Of a stretch of 64,000 nt of DNA, positions 10,218 through 25,000 are shown piece by piece; position 1 is the first letter of the stretch; every line of letters starts with the position of its first letter. A program made the position numbers and the translations under genes. Source of the DNA: Sarea resinae (Eukaryota); NCBI GenBank assembly GCA_026026165.1, contig JAPEUD010000029.1:124001-188000 (forward strand), given 5' to 3'. The notes below the pieces were generated by a model. It saw nothing but the letters and a program-made list of their open reading frames with translations, searched no databases and was not told the origin of the DNA.

Positions 10218-13200
10218 ATGGCACCTCTGAAGCGCACTCGAGTCGTTCAGGACGATGATAGTTCCGAGGTGATAGACGCCGAAAGCGCAAGGTCCAGCAA
10301 GAAGCAGGATGCGGTCTGTCAACCCTAGTATCATAGTTGTTTGTTTCGTCGACTGCTGACTTCAAGTACAGAGGAAAAAGGCGAGACTCACTGAGACTCC
10401 GAGCCAGAGGAGGTCAAGAGATGACGAGGCGGACGACATCGCGGATGAGGCCCTTCCCGTCACGAACGGGACAAAAGAAAACGAAGAGGACGATTATGGC
10501 CAACGACGAGATGCCGGCTTTGCGGATCTGGCAGACGAGGATGCGGATACTCAGAGAGCGACGCAACACATACAACAACGCAACAAAAAGTCCATGGAGA
10601 ATAGGCCTGCCGACAACGGCATCATCGAGGCTGTGACCTGTATCAATTTCATGTGTCACAGCAAGCTCCATGTCCAGCTCGGGCCACTCATCAATTTCAT
10701 CATCGGGCATAACGGAAGTGGGAAGAGTGCGGTGCTTACAGCTCTAACGCTCTGTCTTGGTGGAAAAGCAGCTTCGACGAACCGTGGCCAAAGTCTGAAG
10801 AACTTTATCAAGGAGGGGCAAGAATCCGCTACCCTTGTAGTCAAGTTGAAGAACGGAGGATTCAGTGGTTATCAGCAAGATGTGTATGGCGAGTCGATAA
10901 TCGTCGAGAGACATTTCTCCAAAGCTGGCGCAAGTGGCTTTAAACTCAAGACGAGCAGCGGCCGGGTCATCTCTACCAAGAAGGCGGATCTAGAAGAAAT
11001 CTGCGACTACTTTGCTCTTCAAATTGACAATCCAATGAATGTCCTTACGCAGGATATGGCTCGTCAATTCTTGAATAACTCGAGCCCGACAGAAAAGTAC
11101 AAGTTTTTCGTCAAAGGTGTTCAGCTTGAACAACTTGACCAGGACTACCAACTGCTCGAAGAGACAATAGACAACATCGAGAGCAGGCTTGGTACCCGGA
11201 TTGACGACATCAAAGTATTGGAAGAGAGGGCTCGAAAGGCCGCCAATCGATTAGCAATGTCAGACAAGCATGAATCATTGAGGGAGAAGATAAGGAGTTA
11301 TGGGCGACAGATGGCATGGGCCCAAGTTGAGCAGCAAGAACAGGTAAGCTAATCAGAAAGGTTAGGGAATTGGGCTTACGTACCTGCTCCAGGTTCTTGC
11401 CAATTACATCAGTGCTGTCGAGGAAGCAGAAAGAGTAATCGAAGCGGCCGAAGCCAAAGCCAGGACGGTGGAACAGACTTTTGATGATGCGGACCGCACC
11501 TGCACAGAAACCACTGCAGCTTTACAGGAAATAAAAAATGGTCTAGCTCCTCTGCAAGACGAGAGAAACCAAGTCAAAGACCAGTTTGATAAGAACAAGG
11601 ATGAACTGTTATCAGTCCAGGTACGTATTCAAGGTGATGTTTGGACCCGTGGTTGCTAATTGGAGGTGCTAGACCGACCAAAGATCCATTAAAGATCACC
11701 TAAGGGCTGCTGAGGCCCGAATCAATGCGGCAAAAGATGACATCGATACCGAAAAGCAGCGGCTTGAAGATCTCAATGGGGGTAGTCACACCAGGAAACG
11801 CGAAGAGATTGAAACTGCGAAAGAAGCAGCTAATGAGGCTCGGGTTCAGTATGATCTGCAGGTCAATGATACCAGCCGACTCGAGGACGATTTTCGAATG
11901 GCAAAAGAAATGGTTGAAGAGCACAAGGTCCCACTGGAAACCAAGAGGGCAGAATACCAACAATGCAAAAATCAGCTAGATAGCCTAGTGAGAGATCGTG
12001 GCCAACAACACGGTGCTTTCCATGAGAACATGCCCACCTTACTTCGTGCCATTGGGCAGGAAAGCGGATTCCAAAACAAGCCCGTGGGACCCATCGGTAA
12101 TCATGTCCGGCTCTTGAAACCTGTCTGGTCATCTATTTTAGAGCGGTCCTTCGGTCAAACATTGACCAGCTTTATCGTCACGAGCAAACAGGATCAGACG
12201 CTTCTTTCCAGAATCATGCAGAGAGTCCAGTGGTGAGTATAACTTGAACATCTTTTTAGAAACTTGGCTCACATACTCAAAGCAAGTGTCCAATCTTGAT
12301 CGGCAACAGACAGTCTATCGACACTTCTCAACATGAACCTGATCCAAAATTCGACACATCTCTCAGAGTTCTAGAGGTATTTAGGTGTCGTTATCAGAAA
12401 GAGTACCCTTTACTAAAGCAGAAGGCAGATTGACAACGACCTCGTGAAGCGTCAATTGATTATCAACCAGGCCATCGAGCAAACTGTGCTGATACAAGAT
12501 CGCCACGAGGCCAATCGAGCAATGTTTGATGGCGCTAGGTTGCGAAACGTCAAACAGTGCTTTTGTCTTCATGAAGAGAGAAGGGGCCATGGACTACGTT
12601 TGGGTTATAGTCGTAACGGCGAGCCGTCAACCAGCCCGATGCCACCAATTCAAGGCAAACCGCGCATGAAGACGGATATCGAGTCTCAGATCAAGTATGA
12701 TTTTTCGTCAGATTCTTTGGGTGCTGCTAACGACCTCATAGTTATCAGAGAGAAAACTTGTCGTTCATTAAAAACGATCAAAATGAGCTCGAAAAACGGC
12801 TTCGAGAACTTCAGGCTGACGCTGCAAAGTGTCAGCAAGCCATCGTCAGACATAAGAGGCAAGTCAAGGATGCTCAACTGCAAGTCCAAAGAGCCGAAGA
12901 AGCAGTGGAGCGATTGCAGGACGAACTAGACAAAGATAGTGTAGAGGATGGGCGACTGGATGCGCTAGAAGCTCATTTGAAAGAAGCAAAGGAAGAAAAG
13001 GCCCTTATGGAGGGCTCGTACGAGGAATCCGTAAACGCCAAAGACAAACTCAACGACAAGTCTAAAGGACTAAGGGAACAGTTGCAGGCCATGGACGTGT
13101 CTATTAGCGAAATAGCTGCAAAGGCTAAAGAGGCGGACAAGGTTGCGCAGAAGGCGGCAAGTGTCAGACTCGCTGCTCTTCACGGAAAGAACACCGTGCT

Positions 13201-14396
13201 ACAGGACATAGAGGACGCTAAAGACGAAAAAGTGCGGAAAGAGCGCGAACGAGATAGGCAAGCAGAGAAGGTTGAAGAGTTCGCTTCCAAGGCCAGCGCG
13301 GTTTCCGCCAGAGTCCCGATCGAGCCCGGAGAGACTCCCAACAGCTTGGATAAGAAGCTTGATAAGCTGACCAAGGACTTGGACCGTTTCACGAGAGAGT
13401 AGGTTTGCATTGTCCGATTCACGCGCGGTACTGACTGTTCCAAGGATTGGCGGGACTCGCGAGAGCATTGCTCAAGAAGCTGCGGAGACTCAATTGGCAT
13501 ATGAGGCAGCAAAGCAACAAGTCGAGGACCTAGAGCAGCTTGCCCAGGTGCGCCCATTCAACCTCGACACAGGAGGAAGAAGTACTAATTATGATCGAGT
13601 ATAGATGCTCAAATTCGCGCTCATAGAGCGCCAAGAACGCTGGCGCAAGTTCCGAAGATATATTTCTGCCCGCGCTCGTGCTCAATTCACCTATCTTCTA
13701 AGTGAGCGTAGCTTTCGAGGGGCATTGAAAACCGACCATCGTCATGGAATCCTTGATCTACACGTAAGTACTGCACAAATCCGAGGAAGCCTATCACAGG
13801 TCTAAAGCCGACTTTTCAATATAGGTCGAACCCGACGAAACAAAAACCGGCAAGGGGCGCCAGACCAAGACTCTCTCTGGTGGCGAGAAGTCATTTTCTA
13901 CTATCTGCTTACTACTCTCCCTATGGGAAGCCATGGGCTCTCCAATTCGATGCTTGGACGAATTGTGCGTATAATTTTTCTTATGTTGCCATCGTGGCTT
14001 TAGGTATGAGCTCGTAGCTAACTATAAGAACAGCGACGTGTTTATGGACAATGTGAATCGCGACGTCAGCATGAAAATGATGGTACGTCTCCCACTTATC
14101 CAATGCGCACTGAGCACCTTCCCATGGCTCTCGAAGCAAAGACAAGCCTGCATTACTGGGTCATTTTAATACTGACATCAAAACAGATTATAGCTGCCCG
14201 GCGTTCTGTGGGCCGCCAATATATTCTCATCACGCCGCAGTCCATGGGCAACGTTGACGTGGCAGAGGATGTGAAGATTATCAAGTATGTCGCTCATCTA
14301 GCCAAGACCCTTTTCCATCCGCTAACTGTTCCGTTTTGTAGACTCTCGGATCCCGAACGAGGACAGACAACTCTCCCCTTTGCCGCCGCACATTGA
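10218..14396 (+). CDS. SMC6: Structural maintenance of chromosomes protein 6; multi-exon
   Basis: NFMCH; Walker A GHNGSGKS; VLTQDMARQFL; hinge PVGPIG; coiled coils; signature [36 protein letters not shown]. Confidence 0.95.
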
Positions 14397-15120
14397 TGTG
14401 CAGCCGCTGCCAGATGTTGCGTCTCATATTCTGTCCTCCTTTTCCTCTTGCTGTCATATCCTCTAGCCGGTATCATGGCGTCCAGTCGAAGTTCAACTCC
14501 TCTCCGAACTTCCCCTTCTCTTCTCTTCAGCTGCACTATATTCGGACAGTTCTACATATTTATTATTGATCGGCTCGGCGTTTATGTGATGAGCGGGCAG
14601 GAAGGGTGGTAATGATCTATGATGCGGGTGCAGTCCTCATCGCGTGCAAAGGTAGCGCTGGGCAGCGGTTCCGAGGGACTGCTTGGTGCTTTGGGGGGGA
14701 AACATTTCATGTACGATACCATAGTTTACCTTGATCATTCTCGACTTCCTCTCTCTAGTGCGGGAGAATCATCGGGGTTGAAGATGACTGCGAGTAGATT
14801 TCTCGTGCTCGATTTATCATACCATCTCAAAGAGGAAGAGATCAGCCGTGGAGGGATAGAGAGAGAGAAGAAGAAGTTGATTCTGGCGCTGGGGCGCTAG
14901 CTGCTATACTTCCGGGTAGAGTCAGATGTCCTGCTTGGCTGGGAGTATGCCATATCGCGCTCGGCCCCTTTTATCGCTCTCCCTCTATCCAGTAAGCGAT
15001 CCCTGGCGTCCCCCTCTCGCCCTCCCGGGTCTCCTTCCACCAATGTCTCAGGGTCTCAGGGTCTCAGGGCTTCAGGGTCTCCAGGGAGCGGGGACGCCAC
15101 TTCACGCCGCCAGCCTGCCA

Positions 15121-15222
15121 GCCAACCTGTTCGCCAATGGGTCCACCAATGATTCTGCCAATGAGTCCGCCAATGAGTCCGCCAATGAGTCCGCCAATGA
15201 GTCCACCAATGAGCCCGTCAAT
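15121..15222 (+). repeat. 12-bp minisatellite (GCCAATGAGTCC)n, about 8.5 units
   Basis: CCAAT at 15134, 15146, 15158, 15170, 15182, 15194 and 15206 (period 12), with degenerate flanking units. Confidence 0.92.
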
Positions 15223-15254
15223 ACATCGGCGCTGCGTAGGCCAGATAGGCCACT

Positions 15255-15566
15255 CTGCTCTACTCTGGTCTGGTCTACTCTACTCTCCTCTCCTCTCCTC
15301 TCCTCTCCTCTATTCTAGTCTGTCTACAGGCCAGATAGAAGAAAGAAGAAAGAAGTAGAAGAAATGCTTACTTGCAGAGCCAGGGGCCTTGGGTCTACAG
15401 AGTTAGTCTAGTCTAGTCTAGTTTAGTCTAGTCCAAGCTTTTTCTTAGAGTACTTGCTTGATCTAAATGCTTGATTTGAATGCTTGATTTAGCTTGAGTC
15501 GATTTGATTTGATTTGATTTGATTCGACTTGACTTTGACTCGACTTGACTCTAGAATAACACGATC

Positions 15567-15619
<53 letters not shown>

Positions 15620-15685
15620 ATACATATTCATATTTGTCTGTCTAGATAGATAGATAGATAGATAGATAGAGTAGAGTAGAGTAGT
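15255..15685. repeat. Compound microsatellite cluster: (CTCTC)n, (AGTCT)n, (GATTT)n, (AC)24 at 15569-15616, (GATA)n, (GAGTA)n
   Basis: Read directly from the sequence. Confidence 0.92.
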
Positions 15686-16592
15686 GCCATGTTCTACTCT
15701 TTTCTACTGTTCTACTATGTACGTAGTAAGTATTGTATGTATGTTCGAAGAATAGTAGTAGAGTTTTCTACGCACAGTACCTCTGCGTAGATAGCCCACG
15801 CACGCACGCATGGTGATAGTTACAGGAATGACCCTAGTGGTTTTCATCCTCATACTCATACTCGTTTTTATACTTATACTCTTATAGCGGTAGGTGGGGG
15901 GAAAGTGTTGGTGGCGTCTCCGCTTTCCCCGCCTTTGTTTTGTCCACTATCCACTATGTATCCCCTATCTCTACCCGGGGGATGATGTTGTTGTTGCGCC
16001 GTCGATTGTGCAGGGGTTGTCAAGGGGGTAAGGGGGAGGGGGGGGGTTAGTAGTGTTGGCACTTTGGTGTGTGGTCGCGTTTTCTGTCGGTCTGTCTGGC
16101 TGGCTGGCTGGCTTTTGGTCACACACACTCTCTCTCTGATATATCTCGTTGTTGTTTGGATAGGGGGTCTAGCAAGCGATACGACAGAGGCTCTGAGACT
16201 GGGGAGGGGGTTCTGCCACTCCCTTCAGGTTGTTACCCACTCTGCGTGAGGAAGACAAGGAGATAAGGAGATAAGTAGGTAAGTAAGTAGTGAGGTGGCA
16301 TAGCTGGGATAAGTGCAAAAGTGCAATGTAGCAGAGGCAGAAACAGCCGAAGTAGCTATTGCATGGCATGTCGCAGATAATCCTGGGTGGAATCCTCGTC
16401 CCGTCTTTTATTTTTTCTTCCATCAGCAAGGGAAAATTGAGTTGAGTTGGTTCCATACGATCAGGAGCTGGATCGAACGGCTTAGTCAGAGACGCGGGGA
16501 AACACTTCAACACCCTCCTATGCTTTTGAGACCCCGACTTTATTTACACATCCCCGCCCTCCCCATGATTGACAGATATATAAACATTGCGT

Positions 16593-17655
16593 CTACTCCT
16601 TCCACGCCCTCCACACGGTCCGAGCGCCAAACTTCTCCCCGGGCTTCACCACCACGGTATGGCGCCACTCGGGCACATTGACAGCGTTGACGTACCGGCA
16701 GGCCTCGACGCAGAGCCCGGCCCTCGGACCCCTGGCATCCACGCCCGCAACAGCGGGCACGTCGACGAAGCCACCCGTGTAGAACTGGAACGCGGGTTCC
16801 GTGGTCAGCACGTCGAGGTGCAGTTTCGTGTCCGGGTGGGAGAAGGAGGCGGCGGGTTTCAGGGGCAGGGAGCGCGAGTCCAGCGGGATGGTGCTGGGGT
16901 TGGGGTTCAGGACGAAGCAGTCGTCGAAGTCGGGCTCTTTGGGCCCGAGGGTGAAGGGCGAGGCGGGCAGGGATGGGTAGGGGCCTATGGAGCCGAGCGG
17001 CACCGAGGTCGAGTCAAAGGGGAGATGTGAGGATGTGTGCAGGGTCGCTTGGGTGCCGGCGATTGTCGGCCCAGACGAGAGGTTGAAGTAGCTGTAGTGT
17101 TCTGTTAGAAATTGAAAATGAAACAGGTGGATAGGTCAAAGCTCCGTACCTATGATTCGTAAGAGCGACGGCAGTCTCCTCGACGCCTTCAGCTTTCGCA
17201 TTGACGAGCTCGGCCTCGTATTCGATCTCCAGCGTCGTCTTGCCCTGCGCATCGATCTCGGGCGTATACCACACCCTGACCTCCACCGTCCCCGGATACC
17301 CCTCCTCGCCATCCTTGCTCACATATGTAAACAGCACCGCCTGCTTCCCATTTCTCTCCACGCGTTTTGGACCGTCAAAGACCTTCTTCCCCCATCCCTC
17401 ACTACCGCCATGTAGGGAATTGGGTCCGTTGTTGGCGGCCAGGGTGTACTGCTTGCCGTTCAAATTGGTGATTTTGGCATTGGCGACGCGATTGGCGATG
17501 CGGCCGATCGTCTCGCCGAAGAAAGGGCCATTGTGCGTTTTGTAGAGGTCTGGGGTCGGGAATCCCTGGACGATGTTGGTTCCATCGACGAGGAATTTCT
17601 GGATGATTGCTCCCTGGGGGAGAAAAGAAAAAGAGTCAAAGGCTGGCTTGGACAT
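16593..17655 (-). CDS. Aldose 1-epimerase (galactose mutarotase-like); intron 17092-17149
   Basis: FFGETIGRIANRV; NNGPNSLHGG; DGEEGYPG; spliced TNHSYFNL; TTEPAFQFYTG; GLCVE. Confidence 0.93.
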
Positions 17656-20006
17656 GCTGGCTACTGTATGCAATTTGCAAGATGGTCTTTTTAATGACGT
17701 GTAGAAAAAAAGACAGCTTTTATTTTCAGACGAAATTGAAAATTTGATAGCTTTTAAAGATTGAGACAGGAATCAATGATCCGTTCCAAGAAAATAGAGA
17801 GATATTCAATTGATTTGAGCGATCAACGAGCATTCTATGTGCATTTGCTTTGGTCCAGCGGCCGCGGGGCAGCTTTTCAATGCGCCATTTTAGCCTGAAT
17901 GGGCCGCGGGGCACCACGTGTCTCTCGTGATCGCACGGTCGAACATGTGGAGAAACGTCGCATCATCGAGAATATGGGGTGAAAACAAACACGAGGGTCC
18001 TTTCTGGGACGTAATTGAAAGAGAATTGACGACGGAAGGATTGAATTCTCATCATTGATGGTGGTGAGAGTGGTGAGGGTGGTGATGGCGACTTGAAGAT
18101 GGTGATCATACATACTGCACCGTACAGTACATTACTGCCGACGGACGATGGAGACGATCCGCACCGAGATCACCGTCAATGGATGGCCGTTTAAGTTGTG
18201 CCGTCCCCAGCCATTCCATGGGTGCAGCAAGGGATCGCCACGAGTCGCCGAATACCGCCAGCCAGCCAGCCAGCCAGACTGGACCCCTATCAGCGTATTC
18301 CGTTGTCATTAGTAGGATCATCATCATCATCACATTCTGACAGGTGGTCAGAAATCACCTTTCTCCCTCGAATAAGATATATCACATTCTCCCATCTTCA
18401 TTCGATGCCGAAGGGATCACGAGGACCGAGACTACTACGTTACCACATACGAAGTCGTCGCCTAGCCTTGCCTGGCCTTGCCTTGCTTTGCCGCCGACTG
18501 ACATGCAGCATCTCCATCTCCATCAATCTCTCTCCGTCTCCATGCTCCATACAAATCCATGGATTGTATGGATTGTATGGACCACATCACATCCTCGGTA
18601 CCTACCCCATACATGGGACATGGCTGTCATCCCGCCATACCTGCAGCATCGGACTACTTCATACCACTTGCCAGTCCATCGACAGACATCACGATCAATG
18701 AATGCTTCTGCCTCGACTGACTACAGCTCTCTTGACAGCAGCAGCACCACCACGGCGGAGCACACCCATGTGGTAAGCGATCAACTGATAGTCCACAAGG
18801 TCATGGTCCAGCATCCCAAAGTCACGTCATGTAATCCAACCAAAGGGGCAAGCCCAAGCCAGACAGACAGACCCCTTCCCCTTCCCTCTTGCCCTCTGCC
18901 CTTTGTCCTCTGCCCTTCCCCTCCTCTAGCCCTTTCTAGTCTCTTCCCACCCCGGACGGTGCATGGCCTGGCATGGCCTGGCTTGGCTACTGCATCGCCT
19001 CGTTCGACGGCGTGGATGGCTGGGAGACATTTAAGGTATGACCGGAGAAAGGGTACGTACCGAGTCCCCTCCCAAGCTGATTACTCATTTCGCTTCCCCG
19101 TGCCGAGTCAGACGCCCTCGTGCTTACATAACCCAACCGCTGCTCGAACTTCCCGGCTCGTCCTGGTGCCGATCCACTCAGACGCCCATCCACCACGGAC
19201 AGGGTTCCCACCAGAGTTGCATGCCGTGCAGGCATGGGGGCCATGGCCGACGATAAGGTACACCTTTCCCCACCGATCATCGGTCCTGGAACGGAAGGGG
19301 AAGACGTTTTGTGAATCGAGCTGGAGTGTACAATTCCTAATGCTGCAGTCTATGAAGCACGCGGCGAAGAAGACGAGGAACGGCAGCAGAGGCACGGATC
19401 AATACATAGTACACAATAGATGGACGCGAACCAGAGCGGAACGGCGAAATCAACGACTCGGAACAGTAGTAGCACATGGTAATGTTACACCAAGGTGATA
19501 ATCATCACATTGCGGCCCCACAGCCATCGAATCCAAACCGCGCCATCTCTATCGTTCTTGCCCGCAGGACCGGGTAGGTGATGTGTGAGAGTACGTAATT
19601 GAAGAGGAAGGTAGACGAGGCCGTGCCATTTGCGCGCACGACAAGAGAAGAGAAGAGGTGGTCGAACGGTAGATAGATAGCCAAGTGCCTGTCAGAAAGG
19701 GCAGAAAATAGACCGACCTCGGAAGGCGAGTGTCAGGCGGACAAATGGTATAACGTGTGCGAAACACAAAAACTCGGGTAAACAACGACCTCCGGAGACC
19801 AGATCATGGCAGACCAAAGCACAAACTCCCCATATTTATCCAGACCCCAGGACAGCAGCGAAAGAAGCATGTCTGAGACGTTTTCCCCAATGCGCCAAGG
19901 ATATTTCCCTCCGTCCCCTCTACCCATACCCGTCATGAAAATCATTAGGTCCAATGCGTCAAGATCCCCTCTAGACGTAATGCAATCTCAGCCTAACACA
20001 ATTCCA

Positions 20007-21022
20007 TTACGCCATCGTAGGGTTGAGAAAAGCTTTGAATTCATCATCCTCATTCCAATCCGGCATGGTTAGACATTGACTGGCGATGGTTGGTGCCATC
20101 ATCTGCCGATTGAAATGCAAAGAGGATGTATCGAAATTATTCGAGGCGTCGAACCGTCGGAGGAAATCCATGTTGTTTTCACCAAAGTTTGCTGGACTTT
20201 GGGTTGCCCACGTCTGCTGATGGGGTTGCTGTAAGTTGCCCATGTTCTGGGCCATGGACATCCCGTGGTACATTGGAGTGTTGCCCAATTGCGGTTGTGG
20301 GGTAGAAATGTTGGAGAAAGGACTCTGTGGCGTCGGAGGCGCTTGCTTCGTTCCAAACGGATCGTTGAAAAGCGTCGAGCCGTTGGGTGCCATGTTCTCA
20401 TAAGGGGAGAAAGGCTCGCCCGATCCAGAGCTGGTCGAATCTTGTCGCTGCATGTGGCCAGCCCCGCGCTCGATCAACCGTTGCTGCATCGCTTGCAGAT
20501 CTTCCTCGAAGGTATCCATATCATCTTCCGAGTTGTCTTGTGTGAGTGCGCCTAGCCGCTTGAGGATTTCGTGGGTCAATGGTCGGCCGTTATCCGCCTC
20601 CTGAAGTGGTCCTCCCACCCAGCTCTGACCAGTTTGGGCGCGAAGGTAGAATTCTTGCAGCCCAGCCACAAGCTGTGCCTGTTGCCGTTCAAGCATCTCA
20701 ACGTAGCTGTGAAAATGTTAGCTAGGTTTTGATTCGAGCAGCCAAGCAAGAGCGACTTACCCTTTGGGATAGATTTTGTCGTGAGATTTCTTGCGATCTC
20801 CAAACACACAGATGGCGTTGTCGGATCTACATCGACTGCATGGACTGGCTCCATCACACTGTCGAGAATTAGCTGTAATTCGTATCCAGAGAAATCAGAC
20901 ACACTGACTTTCGACTTTTTGAGCCTGCATCTATCGCAAGCCTTGCAGACACGCTTGCGAACATTGTTGTCCGTCGGAGACGAAGCATCCGACGGAGGCG
21001 TAGAGTTGTGAGGAGGAGGCAT
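20007..21022 (-). CDS. Zn(II)2Cys6 transcription factor (Fcr1-like, short, no obvious middle-homology region); 3 exons
   Basis: RKRVCKACDRCRLKKSK|CDGASPCSRCRSDNAICVF; YPKG|YVEMLERQQAQLVAGLQE; PLTHEILKRLG. Confidence 0.9.
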
Positions 21023-21968
21023 GTTTACTGTTCGACGGATGAGAACTCCAGACGAACAAAGTGGTATCAAAATCCACGAGCTCTCGGGAGGCTGAAGGTG
21101 GATATAACTATACAGTGATCAAGGACAGCAACAACGATGGTAGTCGGCAGTCCAAAGAAGAACTTCCATCGGTCGAGCTATATGGTCTATATGAGCACGA
21201 AAAGAAAAGCACAGAAGGCTACGATGGGGCCGGCATTGCATATAGCTAATTGGAGGGAAATCCGACGCAGACTGCACTAAACCCGAGCTGACGTAGCATT
21301 AAAGAGGTATCCCGATTACTTGACGGCATCTTCTCGAGTCAGCGAGCAGCAACAGCCCTGTAGACTTGGTCGGCCCTGGAAGTGTCTCTAGTGGTAAGCA
21401 GTGATGTAGTCGTGAGGTAGTCAGCTCGAATCAGTAAGGTAGGTCGTAGTCAGGAGCTGGGGGCTAGGATGCCCAGGCGGTAACTGATTTCGCCGGGGCC
21501 ACGAGAGAAGGCAGGAGACTAGGAGACTAGGAGGACTAGGGAGGCCAGATAATTCCCTTAGGGAGGAACCTGATGTCAGTCAATAATAAGGTAGTCATGG
21601 ATGATCGTGCTCTTCCTCTGGGTCTGTGTGCGTCCGTGAGAGTGCAAAGGTACAGCATGTACTCTGGTGGCAGACCGGAGAGACGTTCTGCGCACTAACT
21701 CGGTGTCCGGCTCAAGCCGTGCACCTTGGTCCCATGCGCCATTTCGACTAATTGAGCGGGCATCAATCCATATCCATGCGTCTTGCAGCCATTTCTCCAT
21801 TGGAGAGTCTTTCCCTACAAACCGTAGTACATGATTGATCATCACCATCATTCCCGACGCGGACATGAGCCTACCAACAGAGACAAACAGGCGCATGAAC
21901 ACCAACAGAGAGACAGACGTCCACCGTCGTATACGCCATGTACTGCTATGCCATCTATCGCTTTACTC

Positions 21969-21971
<3 letters not shown>

Positions 21972-22007
<36 letters not shown>
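21972..22007 (+). repeat. (CT)18 microsatellite
   Basis: Read directly. Confidence 0.95.
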
Positions 22008-22011
<4 letters not shown>

Positions 22012-25000
22012 TATCGGCACCAGGAGACCCTTGCAGCACTGCACCCACGACTCGCGAAAGAATTGAAATCCAAAATGCTGCTTGATAATCATCATTGCTC
22101 TGTCATATGCTAGGGCCTAACTAACGCCGTAAATTCCGACTCGGAAGTAGCCAGCCCCTGCTCTACGGAGTACCTGTCCAGAGCCCGGACATGTGGGCCG
22201 AGGACGGTGAGCCAGCAAGGGGGTCGCCATTAATATGGGGAGCGTGGACTGATGTGATACCGAGGAGTACATGTGAACAGTACGAGGTCTGTCAGATATG
22301 AATATGCGCGCGCCGCAGCAGCAGCGAGAAGGATCCAAGTATGCGGCGTAGAAACCGCAGAAGCGGGCAGACAGGGCCAGATGGTCGGAAATGCTCCTGG
22401 TACCTCGACCTACCGCGTCCTCGTACCTCTGTACTTGGGGATCGTCTCCGGTAACTGCACAGTAACGGCCTGCTCGCGCCACCCCATCTCGACGCCATTA
22501 CAGATCTGATTGGATCGTTGTTGGATAAGAGTTCGGATATCGAATCGTGCAGCTGGTTGGCTAGCCCACACCCCTACTCGGCTAGGCCCCAGCTGGTACG
22601 ATCGTTGATCGGGGAACGTTACTAATATGATTGCCGAGCAGTGGCCAGAGCGACCAAGGGAGCCAGAATGGGCACGGAAGGTCCGCAGAATGCTGACGGC
22701 CCTGTGTATGTGTACGAGAAGAGACACCAGACGTACGTCGCCATGGGGGCTGAGCCCATGGCCATGTCCGGCATCTGACCCGTGTACCGGTGGCTGCATG
22801 AGTGAGATTCGAGATTGGTGATTCAGGAAAACGGAGGACTGGAGATCAGAATGCAATGGCGACTGAGAAGAGCGTGAAGAAAAGGCCAAGAACGGACGGG
22901 GGGTCGGAGACTCCAGGGCTGTCAGGATGCCGTCGTCATGGAATAGCCGGTGAGGTAGCGGGAGGTATCTGCATGTACTAGGTAGGTATGATACCAGCTG
23001 GGGGTAGAGGTAGGGCAAGCTCGGTCCATACGAGTAGATACCCTACGAGTCGTGAGGGAGAGCCAGGGCATCTTCTTCCCCGCTGACTAATGCCGAAGAC
23101 GGTGACCAAGTCGCACGCACTCCTGGCCTGGGTGGCCGCGGTACTTGGGCCTGTCATCAACGATGCTTCTCCGACCCCCGATGCAGCGCCGGGATTCTCA
23201 GTCAATATACCGGACGTTCCCCGTCGCTCGGGCTCGACCAAGTCTGTTGGCGGCGCTGTAAGTGGTGGTGCTGGTGCTGGTGGCTGGTGGCGGCGGCCGG
23301 CGCCCTCGTCGTCCCATCGTGAGAGCCTAAACGGGTCGCAAGTAGATGCTAGGCCACACCACATTAATCCAACGGCATGAGTCGTGTCGTGCCCGAACCG
23401 CAGGATAATAATGGACCCTGTTCCCGCATTGACATGTTGATGGCCTCACTACTGCTACTGCTCCGTAGAGTACGAAGTACATCCATCCTCATCACCGACC
23501 GAGCGCATTTGGCTCGGGACTCGCATCGCGCTGAATCAGTTCGGGCCAGCCCCGACAAAATGGAAGCCAACTCCTTTCCGCACTTTGTGTCAGGCCGTGA
23601 AACCGACCCGTCCCTCCTCTGCACGTTGAGTCGTGTGTGCCAGAAATGCAACAAGATTGGGGCCGCCTTCCGACCTGAAACTTTATTCTGCCGCATCCGC
23701 GTCGCAATGTTTTTTCTTTGCAAGGACGCCATTCCTCTGGCATTAGAGTTCTGCAGAAGCCAGTCATATGGTCGGAGATGAGGGCGGTGGCCCTGACGAC
23801 AATTGCATGCTGAACACACGACTAAAGATCCTCTTTTGCTCTTTTCGTGTCGCCGTGCCATCTACATTCGAAATACGTCCGATGTACATACCACATCCGC
23901 TCATGATATGCGGTACCTGGTGGCAATCCCCAAGATTTATCGCTTGACTCGCGAAACACAACACAAAACTCAATTGGAGTGCAGACCGTCTCCGCGATAA
24001 GGTGAGGAGACTATTCTATCACTCCATCTCTTATCGCGACTGTTGAGCCTCAGCCACCGCCACGTGCGTTGGAAAGGCAACCACCTCCAGACTCTAGTCG
24101 CTGCCCCTCTCGGCCGACGATTAGGGCTCCCCGATAGAGCAGCTGAGCTGGAGAAGTAGAGAGAACTGGAGACCTGGAGACTGGTCTTGAGGTAGACAGG
24201 TGTTCTGACTTTCTCCTCATCGTCCGCTCCGATAGGGACGGGAGTGGAGACGCGGGGTCTCGTCCTCGAGCCCGGATTACGTCTCATTTCAGATCTGACG
24301 GCAGCAAGAGTAGAGCCATGTGACGGCGTATATGATGCCTTTTGCCACCGCGCTCATTCACCTTTGGAAGAAAATCGTATGAGGAGGATTGCTCATGGCC
24401 GGCAAGGTGCAATCCATGACGCGGCGCATCGCCGGCTGCGACGTCTACCGAGAGCTGACGGTGCCGACCGAACACCAACACAGCGAACATCAACATCCCC
24501 AGCTCACCAGCCGCTAAAATTCTATGCTCTCCCGTAGCAGTCCGAGTAGTGCGTATTCATTGGACAACGGTATCGGCATCCATACGAACAGTAGAAATCG
24601 CATTGACAGATCGATGATCGTGCCAAGATACCGTCGTTCAGATGTGGGGAATGGGCGCACCTTAACCTCTACCCCGTTCTGGGGACGGACTCAAGCCAAA
24701 GATTCGCAATCCATGAATCCTTGACGGACAGAGGCTGGTGTTGCGCGATAGGTGCGCTTCGTTACGTTACCTTGATGATGGATGTTAGTCAGGCAATAAT
24801 GGATGGCTCACTTGTTTACTAATTGAACCCTAAAACTTCAAGGTAGCCAAGTGCAGTCTAACTGGCGTAGAGAATTGTCTTCCCTTGCGGCGGCCGGGAA
24901 TACTGCGCACTAATTGTTTCCGTGAACCGTGGACGACCTGTTGGATCTGCCTGTCAATAATAGTCAATGGAAGTAGACAGACCGGCTGACCGCCCATCGC

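Noticed and set aside
15121..15222. Regular repeat as a CRISPR-like array or a coding repeat (SANE/PPMS)
   Set aside because: No unique spacers, eukaryotic context, and the ORFs are by-products of the repeat.
18344..19498. 384-aa plus-strand ORF
   Set aside because: GTG start, low-complexity repeat-derived peptide and no recognisable domain. It lies between the epimerase promoter and the TF 3' region, so it is probably spurious.
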